DNA from: Verrucomicrobiota bacterium
GTDB taxonomy: Bacteria > Verrucomicrobiota > Verrucomicrobiia > Limisphaerales > CANJSG01
DNA: 15,316 nucleotides
Assembly (NCBI GenBank): GCA_038209745.1
Contig: JBBQXJ010000099.1
Span: 1-15,316, forward strand
Direction of reading: 5' to 3'
This document shows, piece by piece, positions 7,826 to 15,316 of the stretch. Below the pieces are notes generated by a model. It was not told the origin of the DNA. It did not search any database and saw only the letters and a list, made by a program, of their open reading frames with translations. A program made the position numbers and the translations under genes. Within the stretch, counting starts at the first letter, position 1. Every line of letters starts with the position of its first letter.

Positions 7826-9145
7826 TCAGCGGGTCGGTTTGGGCCGGTTCCGGTATTTCTCGGAGAGACGGGTGTGGCGGTTCTCCAGGGAGACTTCGTT
7901 CCCCTTGACCCAAAGTCGGCGCACGTGGGTTCGAAGGTCCAAGATGTCGCCGTCGGCCACGAACAGGGTGGCTTCCTTGCCGGGCTCGATGGACCCGAGA
8001 CGATCCGCGACGCCCGCGATCTGTGCGGGATACAGGGTCAATCCGCGCAGCGCCTCGTCCGGCGGCAGGCCGAAGGCCACAGCCTGGGCGGCCTCGTAGG
8101 GGAGATTCATCACCAGTGTGGCGCCGCCGGTGGTGAACGTCACTTGGACGCCGGCCTTTTGGAGGATCGAAGGGGCCTTGAACTGGACGTTATACGCATC
8201 CGTATCGCGGCTCGGCAGGGTGAAAGTGTGCTGATAAACGACCGGAATGTGGTTCGTCGCCAATGGATCGGCCAAGCGCCATGCGTCCCGACCGCCGACG
8301 AGAGTGACCTTCAAGCGATGGGTCGTCGCCCATTCCACGGCGGAGGCGATCTGGCGAAACTCGTCCGCGTGGATCGCCACCGGTGCGTCTCCGCGCAGGA
8401 ACGGGCGCATCGCTTCCCACGGCGGGTTCAACGCGGTGGAATTCGTGGCGGCGTCGCGGGCCTGCGCGTAGGCGCGGGCATCGGCGAAAAAGTCGTCGAT
8501 GTCCTTCAGTTTTTCGGTGCGCTCTTTGGCCTGGTCTTCAAGCGACTTCCATTTGTCGCGGTTGCGGACCTTGTCCTTGGGCGTGGTGTCGAGCGCCATC
8601 TCCGGCCAGTAGAGGTGCAGCGCGATCGGCTTCTTGGCCACCATGTCTTCGGACGTCCAGCCGCTGACCGCCACCAAGCCCGACTGCCCGGCGACCATGC
8701 CGCCTTGCGGCGCGGGCTCGAAATACGCCACGCCGTTGGCGCGAGCCACAGGGATCAGCTCCGAGTCCGGATTCACCGCGATCCAGGATTCGACGTCGGG
8801 GGTGAAGTCGCCGACCTCGGCGTAGTCGAGCGTGGCGCGGACGCCTTCGATTTCCAGCAAGCCCAGCTCCGTGTTCAGCGCGATCATCCCGGGATAGAGA
8901 TGTTGGCCGGCGAGATCGATGCGGGTCGCACCTGTCGCTTCCAGTGCGGTTCCGACTGCGCGGATCAGGCCGTTCTCCAGCAGGACCTGGCCATTGGTGA
9001 TCGTGGCGCCGGTGACGGTGTGGACCGTGGCGCCGGTCAACAGGAGCGAGTCGGCTCCCGCGAACGGCATTGTCAGAATGAGGAAGAGCCCAAGCAAAAC
9101 CGCCTGTTGGCAGCGGTGGATGGAAATCTGAAAACGCGCTTTCAT
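7826..9145 (-). CDS. Exported amidohydrolase-fold protein (imidazolonepropionase-like family), lacking the HxH metal motif
   Basis: Signal peptide (MKARF...LLGLFLILTMPFAGA), LLLTGATVHTV beta-sandwich, LYPGMIAL, TLYPAQIAGVADRLGSIEPGKEATLFV. ATG at 9145 overlaps the upstream TGA (ATGA) and is preceded by a GAGGAGGA RBS. Confidence 0.88.
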   Translation of the reverse strand: MKARFQISIHRCQQAVLLGLFLILTMPFAGADSLLLTGATVHTVTGATITNGQVLLENGLIRAVGTALEATGATRIDLAGQHLYPGMIALNTELGLLEIEGVRATLDYAEVGDFTPDVESWIAVNPDSELIPVARANGVAYFEPAPQGGMVAGQSGLVAVSGWTSEDMVAKKPIALHLYWPEMALDTTPKDKVRNRDKWKSLEDQAKERTEKLKDIDDFFADARAYAQARDAATNSTALNPPWEAMRPFLRGDAPVAIHADEFRQIASAVEWATTHRLKVTLVGGRDAWRLADPLATNHIPVVYQHTFTLPSRDTDAYNVQFKAPSILQKAGVQVTFTTGGATLVMNLPYEAAQAVAFGLPPDEALRGLTLYPAQIAGVADRLGSIEPGKEATLFVADGDILDLRTHVRRLWVKGNEVSLENRHTRLSEKYRNRPKPTR

Positions 9146-12063
9146 CGATGGTCCTCCTCTTCCAGACAATGTCGGATCGTCCCGTCGAATTCGTGTTCCA
9201 GGGAAACTCGGAAGAACCCGTCGCCGTCGCCGGCCTTGGAGTCGCCGCCGTCACTGGAACTCGCCAGTTGCTTGGCCTTCGCGATCAGCGCGGTGCGTTC
9301 CTGCGCGAGCGATTCGGCCCTCTTTGCTTCAAGGTCGCGGTCGAAGTATTGGCGGCCGTCGATCCATGTCTGGAGGCAGACGCTGGTGGAAGAGAGGGGC
9401 GAGCCGGACCAGATGGCGAAGTCGGCGTCCTTGCCCGGTTCGAGCGAACCGACGCGCCGGTCGATGCCGAGCTGTTTGGCCGGGTTCACTGTGACGAGCT
9501 TCAGAGCTTCGATCTCCGGCATGCCGCCGTATTTGACCGACTTGGCGGCTTCGGTGTTGAGGCGACGGGCGAGATCGGACGAATCGGAATTGAACGAGAC
9601 CAGCACGCCACGGTCGTGCATCAGGGTGCCGTTGTAGGGGATCGCGTCGTAGACCTCGAACTTGTAGCCCCACCAGTCGGCGAAGCTGGACGCGCCCGCG
9701 CCGTGGGCGGCGATTTCATCCGCGATCTTGTAGCCTTCGAGCACGTGCTGGAGGGTTCCAACCCGGACGTTGAACGACTCCATCGCACGCAGGAACGCGA
9801 GGATCTCGTCCTGGCGATAGCTGTGGCAGTGGATCAAGCGTTTGCCTTCGATGATCTCCGCGATGGCCTCCAATTCGAGGTCGCGCCGAGGCGGCACGGC
9901 ACCCGCGCTGCCCGCTTCAAACTCCTGCCGACGCTTCCGGTATTGCTGGGCGGCGGTGAAGCGGTTGACGAAGAACGCCCTGACCCCCATCCGGGTCTGC
10001 GGGAAACGGGTCGTGTTTTTGTCGCCCCAATTCGACTGCTTCACGTTTTCTCCGAGGGCGAACTTGATGCCCGAAGGAGCGCCTTCGAACTTGAGCTCCT
10101 CCGGGCTGGCGCCGTCGCGCAGCTTGATCACCTGGTTCTGGCCGCCGATGGGATTGGCCGAGCCGTGAAGGAGATTGGCCACGGTGAGGCCGCCGGCGAG
10201 CTGCTCCCGGAGTGTCTCGGTCTCCGAATTCACCACGTCGCCGATCCGGACCATGGCGGTGGAGGGCAGGGTGCCTTCGTTCACGCCGCCGAGGATCGCG
10301 GTGTGGCTGTGGCAGTCGATCAGCCCGGGCGTGACGTGCAGGCCGGTCGCGTCGATCACGAGCGTCGATGCAGGAAGCTTGGCTTCAACATTTCCAACCA
10401 AGCGGACCCTGCCGTCGGCGATGAAGAGCTGGGCATTGGTCAGAATACCGTCCGGTCCGCTGGTCCAAAGGGTGGCGTTCCGCACCAGCACGGCCGGCGG
10501 ATTGGTAATGGGGCCGCGTCCTTCCAACGGCGAGCGGGCGATGCGATTGCGCCGCAGCGCATCCTTGTCCTCCTGCTTCTTTGGCTTGGCTGGGGCGTCT
10601 TTGGACGGCGTGTCGCTGTCGGGCTTCTTGGCTACTTCTTTCTTCTTATCCGGATCGGAAACGGGCTCGAAATTGCGGCCGTCGATCCAGACGGAGCAAA
10701 CCTTCGCCTCCGGGTCGAAGTAGCCTTTGCCTTCCACGACGGTGAGATTGGCGATCTTGCCGGGCTCGATCGTGCCGAGCTTGGCCGTCATCCCGGCCAG
10801 TGCGGCCGGGGCGGTCGTCAGCGCCGCCAAGGCGTCGTCTTCCGACAATCCCCGGTCGAGCGCGAGGCGCAGGTTCTTGCGGAACTTCTTCTTGTCCGAC
10901 AACGAGTGGGTGGTGAGGGCGATCTCCAGATGCTGTTGGCGGAGCACGGCCGGATTCTCCGGCGCCCAATCCCAGGCACGGAGCTGGTCCAGCGAGACCT
11001 GCTCCCAGTCGGCTTCGTCCGGCAGTTTGGGCAGCTCGGGGAAATCGAGCGGAACAATGAACGGGACGGCCGTCGCCTTCGCCAGTTCCGGGCGCCGCCA
11101 TTCCTGGCCGGAGGAGACCAGCACGGAGTCGAGTCCCAGCTCCCGGGCGATGGAGCCGGCCCGGTCGACCATCAGGGCGCTGCCGGGATCGATCACGACG
11201 CGGGCGCGTCCGGTCGCCGCCGGGGACAGGGCTTCGAGCGCGGGATTGAACGCCGGGCGCGGGCCGGTCTGAGGTCCGTCCGCCCAGGCCCGAGTCTCGA
11301 GCGCGTAGTGCCTCGCATCGAAGAAACTTTGTCGGATCACGGCGATGACCCCCATCAAGGAGGCGGGATAGACCGGGTCGCCCGTTTGCCGGGTGTCGAA
11401 CGCGACGTGCTGAAACACGTCCGGCTTGAGGACGACTTCATTGGGAGCCGCGTCGCTCAAAGCGACCAACGCGCTGGTGCCGCGAATGATTCCCTTGCCC
11501 GGCGCCACGACCGCCGTGGTGAAGCCCAGAGCGCGCATCGGCCCGGTGATCTTCTTGTCGGGCGCGTAGCCCCGGACGGCACGGACCTCCGGGGTGACCC
11601 GGGCCACTTCGTATCCCGGACCTTCAGGGGCTTTCTCCGTTTTCTGCGGTCGGGTTCCCAAGAAATCCACGCCGCGACCCGCCGTCAGACCGGTTCCGAT
11701 CGAAGCCTTATCCTCGTCCGGGGAAGCGGTCGGCTCGTCTCCGCCCAATGTGAGATAGGGCTCGATGAAACCCGCATAGACGGTCAGGCCGTGCAGGTCC
11801 CAGACGCGCGCATTGGGCGGCACGGCGAGATCGGGGCCCACGGCTTGGATCGCGCCGTCGCGGATGAGGATCGTGGCGTTCGTGAGCACTTGGCCGGGTC
11901 TCTGGACGACGCGGCCGCCCACGAGCGCGTGGGATCCTAGTGGTTCGGGGCGAAACCCGGGCGCCAATATTTCGGCGGCGAAGGGGGTCCCAGTCATCGC
12001 CCAGACCGCAAAGGCTGCTACGAGCAGGGAGCGCTTCGTCGATCGGCGGCGTGGTTCGATCAT
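9142..12063 (-). CDS. Exported two-domain amidohydrolase (degenerate N-terminal barrel plus intact C-terminal barrel), ~973 aa
   Basis: Likely start MIEPRRRSTKRSLLVAAFAVWAM (signal peptide). There are two G(T/S)(I/L)EPGK.A motifs, one per domain. The C-domain has PGLIDCHSH, IKFALGENVK, IHCHSYR, LQHVLEGY and FNSDS. Confidence 0.9.
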   Translation of the reverse strand: MIEPRRRSTKRSLLVAAFAVWAMTGTPFAAEILAPGFRPEPLGSHALVGGRVVQRPGQVLTNATILIRDGAIQAVGPDLAVPPNARVWDLHGLTVYAGFIEPYLTLGGDEPTASPDEDKASIGTGLTAGRGVDFLGTRPQKTEKAPEGPGYEVARVTPEVRAVRGYAPDKKITGPMRALGFTTAVVAPGKGIIRGTSALVALSDAAPNEVVLKPDVFQHVAFDTRQTGDPVYPASLMGVIAVIRQSFFDARHYALETRAWADGPQTGPRPAFNPALEALSPAATGRARVVIDPGSALMVDRAGSIARELGLDSVLVSSGQEWRRPELAKATAVPFIVPLDFPELPKLPDEADWEQVSLDQLRAWDWAPENPAVLRQQHLEIALTTHSLSDKKKFRKNLRLALDRGLSEDDALAALTTAPAALAGMTAKLGTIEPGKIANLTVVEGKGYFDPEAKVCSVWIDGRNFEPVSDPDKKKEVAKKPDSDTPSKDAPAKPKKQEDKDALRRNRIARSPLEGRGPITNPPAVLVRNATLWTSGPDGILTNAQLFIADGRVRLVGNVEAKLPASTLVIDATGLHVTPGLIDCHSHTAILGGVNEGTLPSTAMVRIGDVVNSETETLREQLAGGLTVANLLHGSANPIGGQNQVIKLRDGASPEELKFEGAPSGIKFALGENVKQSNWGDKNTTRFPQTRMGVRAFFVNRFTAAQQYRKRRQEFEAGSAGAVPPRRDLELEAIAEIIEGKRLIHCHSYRQDEILAFLRAMESFNVRVGTLQHVLEGYKIADEIAAHGAGASSFADWWGYKFEVYDAIPYNGTLMHDRGVLVSFNSDSSDLARRLNTEAAKSVKYGGMPEIEALKLVTVNPAKQLGIDRRVGSLEPGKDADFAIWSGSPLSSTSVCLQTWIDGRQYFDRDLEAKRAESLAQERTALIAKAKQLASSSDGGDSKAGDGDGFFRVSLEHEFDGTIRHCLEEEDHR

Positions 12064-12192
12064 GGCGGGCGCAGCGTGAAGGGCGGGTCTGCCGAAGACA
12101 AGAGGGTCGGCGCCGGACCGGTGGGTTTCTCGAACTGAGAATTCGGATTGCATCGCGGGAGCATCGGCGGCATTCACGCCGGTCCCGAGTCC

Positions 12193-14499
12193 ATGAACGA
12201 ATCCTACGTCGCGAAGATCGCCTCCGAGCTGAAGATCCAGCCCCGCCAAGTCGCCGCCACCGCCAAGCTCCTGGGCGATGGCGGCACGGTTCCGTTCATC
12301 GCCCGCTATCGCAAGGAAGTGACCGGCACGCTGGACGAAGTCGCCATCACCGCGATCCGGGACCGCTTGCTCCAGCTCGCCGAACTGGATGAACGCCGGG
12401 CCTCGATCGTGAAGTCGCTGGAGGAGCGCAGTCTTCTGACCGACCACCTGAAGTCGGCCGTCGCCGGAGCCGAGACGCTGACCGCGCTGGAGGATCTCTA
12501 CGCGCCGTATCGCCCGAAGCGCCGCACCCGCGCCACCATCGCCAAGGAAGCCGGTCTGGAGCCGTTGGCGAAGCTCCTCTTTGAGCAGCAGGAGACCATC
12601 GATCCGCTGAAAGAAGCCGGCGCCTACATCAACGCGGAGAAGCTCGTCGTCGACGCCAATGCCGCGCTCTACGGGGCCCGCGACATCATCGCCGAATGGA
12701 TCAACGACGACGCGGCGGCCCGCGCAAAGCTCCGGCAGCTCTATTGGAGCGAAGGAACGGTTCGATCAAAAGTCCTGAGCGGAAAAGAAACCGAAGGCGC
12801 GAAGTTCAAGGACTACTTCGATTGGACCGAGCCGGTGAAGACCATTCTCAGCCACCGTCTTCTGGCCATCCGGCGCGGCGAGGAAGAAGGCTTTCTGCTC
12901 TTGCGGATCACCCCGCCCGAAGCCGACGCCGTCATCGCGTTGGAAGAGCTCTTTGTGAAGGCCCCGGGCAAGCCGGGCGGCGAACAGGTCCGATTGGCGG
13001 CACAGGATTGCTACAAGCGGTTGATCGCCTTCGCCATCGAAGGCGAGATCCGGATCGAATCGAAGAAAAAGGCGGACCAGGAAGCCATTCGCGTCTTCGC
13101 CGAGAACCTCCGTGAGCTGCTGCTCGCTCCGGCGCTCGGGCAGAAGAACGTGTTGGCCATCGATCCCGGATTCCGCACCGGCTGCAAAGTCGTCTGCCTC
13201 GATCGGCAGGGGAAGCTGCTCCACCACGACGTGGTCTATCCCACCGCCGCCGGTCCCTCGCAGGTGCGGGAAGCGGCCGAAGTCGTCCTCGCCTTCGTCA
13301 AGAAGTTCAACATCGAGGCGATCGCCATCGGCAACGGCACGGCGGGCCGGGAGACGGAGTCCTTCATCAAACTTCTCAAACTGCCCTCGGCCATTTCCGT
13401 CGTCATGGTCAACGAGAGCGGCGCCTCCATCTATTCCGCCAGCGAAGCGGCCCGCGAGGAGTTCCCGAACGAGGATCTGACCGTCCGCGGATCCGTCAGC
13501 ATCGGGCGGCGCCTGATGGATCCCCTGGCCGAGCTGGTGAAGCTCGACCCGAAGAGCATCGGCGTCGGCCAGTATCAGCACGATGTCGACCAGAGCGCCC
13601 TCAAGCGCAGCCTGGACGATGTGGTGGTCTCATCCGTCAACGCCGTGGGCGTGGAGCTGAACACCGCCAGCAAGCAGCTCCTCAGCTACGTCTCCGGTCT
13701 CGGACCTTCACTGGCGGCCAATATCGTCGCGCATCGCAACGAGAACGGACCGTTCAAGTCCCGGAAGGAACTGCGGAACGTGGCGCGCCTTGGCCCGAAA
13801 GCCTTCGAACAGGCCGCCGGCTTCCTCCGCATCCGCGACGGCGAACATCCGCTCGATTCCAGCGCGGTCCATCCCGAGCGCTATGCCTTGCTGGACGTGA
13901 TGGCCCGGGACGTCGGTTGCACGGTGGGCGATCTGCTCAAGGACGCCGGAGCCCGACAGAAGCTGAAGCTGGAGAACTACGTCAGCGACGGTGTGGGACT
14001 TCCAACCTTGCAGGACATCGTGCAGGAGTTGGCCAAACCCGGCCGCGATCCGCGGGAGAAGTTCGAGGCCTTCAGCTTCAAGGACGGCGTCGACAAGATG
14101 GAGGATCTCAAGCCGGGGATGAAACTGCCCGGCATCGTGACGAACGTGACGGCCTTCGGCGCCTTCGTGGACATCGGCGTCCACCAGGACGGACTCGTCC
14201 ATGTCAGCCAGCTTGCGGACAAGTTCGTGAAGGACGCGTCGGAGGTGGTGAAGGTCTCGCAAAAGGTCATGGTGACCGTCACCGAGGTCGATCTGCCGCG
14301 GAAACGCATCGCTCTCTCGATGAAGGCCAACCCAGAGATCGGCGTGGCCAAGGAACAGCGAAATTCTCCGGCTTCGCCGAGGCCGCAGGGTGGGCGGTTC
14401 GAACCGCGCCGGGCGCGGCCGGGCTTCAATCCGGGGCCGGGTGGCGGCGGGCTGGGATCGTTGGCCGACGCCTTCGACAACCCGCTCAAGAAGAAGTAG
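12193..14499 (+). CDS. tex: Tex (YhgF) RNA-binding transcriptional accessory protein, 768 aa
   Basis: GTVPFIARYRKEVTG, LEDLYAPYRPKRRTRA, YqgF-like AIDPGFRTGCK, VNESGASIYSAS, DPKSIGVGQYQHDV, HhH motifs and S1 domain (GIVTNVTAFGAFVDIGVHQDGLVHVS). The ATG at 12193 matches the usual N-terminus. Confidence 0.97.
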   Translation: MNESYVAKIASELKIQPRQVAATAKLLGDGGTVPFIARYRKEVTGTLDEVAITAIRDRLLQLAELDERRASIVKSLEERSLLTDHLKSAVAGAETLTALEDLYAPYRPKRRTRATIAKEAGLEPLAKLLFEQQETIDPLKEAGAYINAEKLVVDANAALYGARDIIAEWINDDAAARAKLRQLYWSEGTVRSKVLSGKETEGAKFKDYFDWTEPVKTILSHRLLAIRRGEEEGFLLLRITPPEADAVIALEELFVKAPGKPGGEQVRLAAQDCYKRLIAFAIEGEIRIESKKKADQEAIRVFAENLRELLLAPALGQKNVLAIDPGFRTGCKVVCLDRQGKLLHHDVVYPTAAGPSQVREAAEVVLAFVKKFNIEAIAIGNGTAGRETESFIKLLKLPSAISVVMVNESGASIYSASEAAREEFPNEDLTVRGSVSIGRRLMDPLAELVKLDPKSIGVGQYQHDVDQSALKRSLDDVVVSSVNAVGVELNTASKQLLSYVSGLGPSLAANIVAHRNENGPFKSRKELRNVARLGPKAFEQAAGFLRIRDGEHPLDSSAVHPERYALLDVMARDVGCTVGDLLKDAGARQKLKLENYVSDGVGLPTLQDIVQELAKPGRDPREKFEAFSFKDGVDKMEDLKPGMKLPGIVTNVTAFGAFVDIGVHQDGLVHVSQLADKFVKDASEVVKVSQKVMVTVTEVDLPRKRIALSMKANPEIGVAKEQRNSPASPRPQGGRFEPRRARPGFNPGPGGGGLGSLADAFDNPLKKK

Positions 14500-14501
14500 C
14501 C

Positions 14502-14526
14502 GGGGATCGCCGGAGCGGTGGTTCCC
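14502..14526 (+). terminator. Hairpin immediately after the tex stop (possible terminator or 3' stabiliser; no U-tract)
   Basis: GGGGATCGCCG-GAG-CGGTGGTTCCC forms an 11-bp stem with three G-U pairs, which form only on the + strand transcript. Confidence 0.45.
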
Positions 14527-14547
14527 TAAATTGCGTTGGAAAAGGTG

Positions 14548-14575
14548 TTGAACTGGAGCGGGCCGTTCTTATTCT
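14548..14575 (+). promoter_or_regulatory. Putative sigma70-type promoter for tRNA-Pro
   Basis: TTGAAC (14548-14553), 16-nt spacer, TATTCT (14570-14575), ending 35 nt upstream of the tRNA, with an A/T-rich stretch upstream. Confidence 0.55.
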
Positions 14576-14610
14576 CCCCTTCGCTCCTGCTTCGGTCGGA
14601 GCTGCTTGGT

Positions 14611-14687
14611 CGGGACGTAGCGTAGCTTGGTAGCGCGCTTCCTTGGGGTGGAAGAGGTCGTGAGTTCAAATCTCACCGTCCCGACCA
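14611..14687 (+). tRNA. tRNA-Pro (anticodon GGG), CCA encoded
   Basis: Acceptor stem CGGGACG/CGTCCCG plus ACCA. D arm GCGT-AGCTTGGTA-GCGC. Anticodon arm CTTCC-TTGGGGT-GGAAG with GGG at 14645-14647. T arm GTGAG-TTCAAAT-CTCAC. 77 nt. Confidence 0.97.
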
Positions 14688-14945
14688 TTTGCTCTTCTTC
14701 CCACTCCGAACGAAAAAGGAGTTTCCCTGCCTTTCCAGCTTTTCGCTCCCGGACGCGCGCGGGAGGAGATGAGTCGCCGGAGGAGAGACAGAAGCTGTTG
14801 CCGTCTCTGAAAACAGGCGGTGGTGCGCATTTTTTCTCTTTTTTTCATTCCTGGGACGTCGATATGGATTGAAGGCGTAGGAGACGAGGCGAGGCGAGCC
14901 GCCGCTGATTGGAGGCCGCGCGTATCTCCTGCGGGGACAACCTCC

Positions 14946-15316
14946 ATGAATCCGAAAAACATCACGAATCCATGCGAAACAATGGTTCTGCTGACCGCGA
15001 CGCTGATCGATCCTGGGACCCGTGAAGGTGCCGAGTGGCCCGAGGACCAGCTGGTCGCCCTGGGAAACACCGCCACCTTTACTGCCCCGGAAGGACTGGA
15101 GCGCACCTCGTATCAATGGATCCGCCAACGGCGGGATCGCACCGAAGTGCTGGAGGGCGAAACTGGCCGCACGCGGACGATCAAGAACACGACGGTGAAG
15201 GAGGTGGGATTCTATCGTTGTGTCTTTACCAACCGGGACCGGGAAGAGGTGACCCGTGCGGCCTCGTTGATGGTGAGCATGTCAGCAATCGGGGACATGG
15301 ATTTGGCGACGCTGAC
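14946..15316 (+). CDS. Immunoglobulin (I-set-like) domain-containing protein, 3'-truncated by the window edge
   Basis: Manual translation: MNPKNITNPCETMVLLTATLIDPGTREGAEWPEDQLVALGNTATFTAPEGLERTSYQWIRQRRDRTEVLEGETGRTRTIKNTTVKEVGFYRCVFTNRDREEVTRAASLMVSM... It shows the Ig pattern P.DQ.V..G..ATF / YQW / G.YRC...N / A.L.V. GGGGA RBS-like element upstream. No stop before the window end. Confidence 0.78.
   Translation, partial: MNPKNITNPCETMVLLTATLIDPGTREGAEWPEDQLVALGNTATFTAPEGLERTSYQWIRQRRDRTEVLEGETGRTRTIKNTTVKEVGFYRCVFTNRDREEVTRAASLMVSMSAIGDMDLATL

Noticed and set aside
3347..7913. Long minus-strand ORFs (3347-4591, 3907-4746, 4637-6334, 6516-7913, 6539-7444) and alternative + frames
   Set aside because: Arg/Gln/His/Pro-rich shadow translations of the DUF2339-like and DUF3999-like genes.
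9148..11940. 930-aa ORF on the + strand (also 7625-9637, 670 aa)
   Set aside because: Antisense shadows of the amidohydrolase genes. Stop-free reverse frames are expected in high-GC coding DNA, and they show no recognisable motifs.
12010..12063. Twin-arginine (Tat) signal in the large amidohydrolase
   Set aside because: PRRRSTKRSLL does not match S/T-R-R-x-F-L-K well. Export is likely, but the pathway cannot be called.
12064..12447. N-terminal extension of the large amidohydrolase to 1101 aa, and of Tex to 12148
   Set aside because: The extension overlaps tex on the opposite strand. A signal peptide starts at 12063, and Tex homology starts at ATG 12193.
14627..15128. ORFs 14627-14872 (+), 14666-15106 (-) and 14673-15128 (-)
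   Set aside because: They overlap the tRNA and/or the better-supported Ig-domain ORF and have no recognisable protein features.
1..15316. CRISPR array, transposase/integrase, prophage or anti-phage defence genes
   Set aside because: No regularly spaced repeats and no recombinase, nuclease or phage motifs were recognised. Tex's YqgF/RNase H-like domain is part of a housekeeping protein.

Overview
GC-rich bacterial chromosomal segment. The gene content (H-X9-DG prepilin-like protein, Ig-domain protein, DUF2339/DUF3999-like pair) suggests Verrucomicrobiota or another PVC lineage; this is an inference. In order: the 3' part of cysN, translationally coupled to a DUF2061-like small membrane protein; a convergent prepilin-type/H-X9-DG protein; a divergent operon with a large DUF2339-like polytopic membrane protein (split by a 1-nt frameshift at ~3351) and a membrane-anchored, internally duplicated DUF3999-like protein; a convergent, coupled pair of exported amidohydrolase-fold genes; tex; tRNA-Pro(GGG) with a sigma70-like promoter; and the start of an Ig-domain protein that is absent from the ORF track. 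Three observations stand out. CysN ends in a YTDFAI-COOH tail resembling the CysK-docking C-termini of serine acetyltransferases. The amidohydrolase pair has three TIM-barrel domains, of which only one keeps its metal ligands. The DUF2339/DUF3999-like envelope module has no known function. No integrase, transposase or CRISPR array was seen. All family calls come from motif recognition, not database searches.
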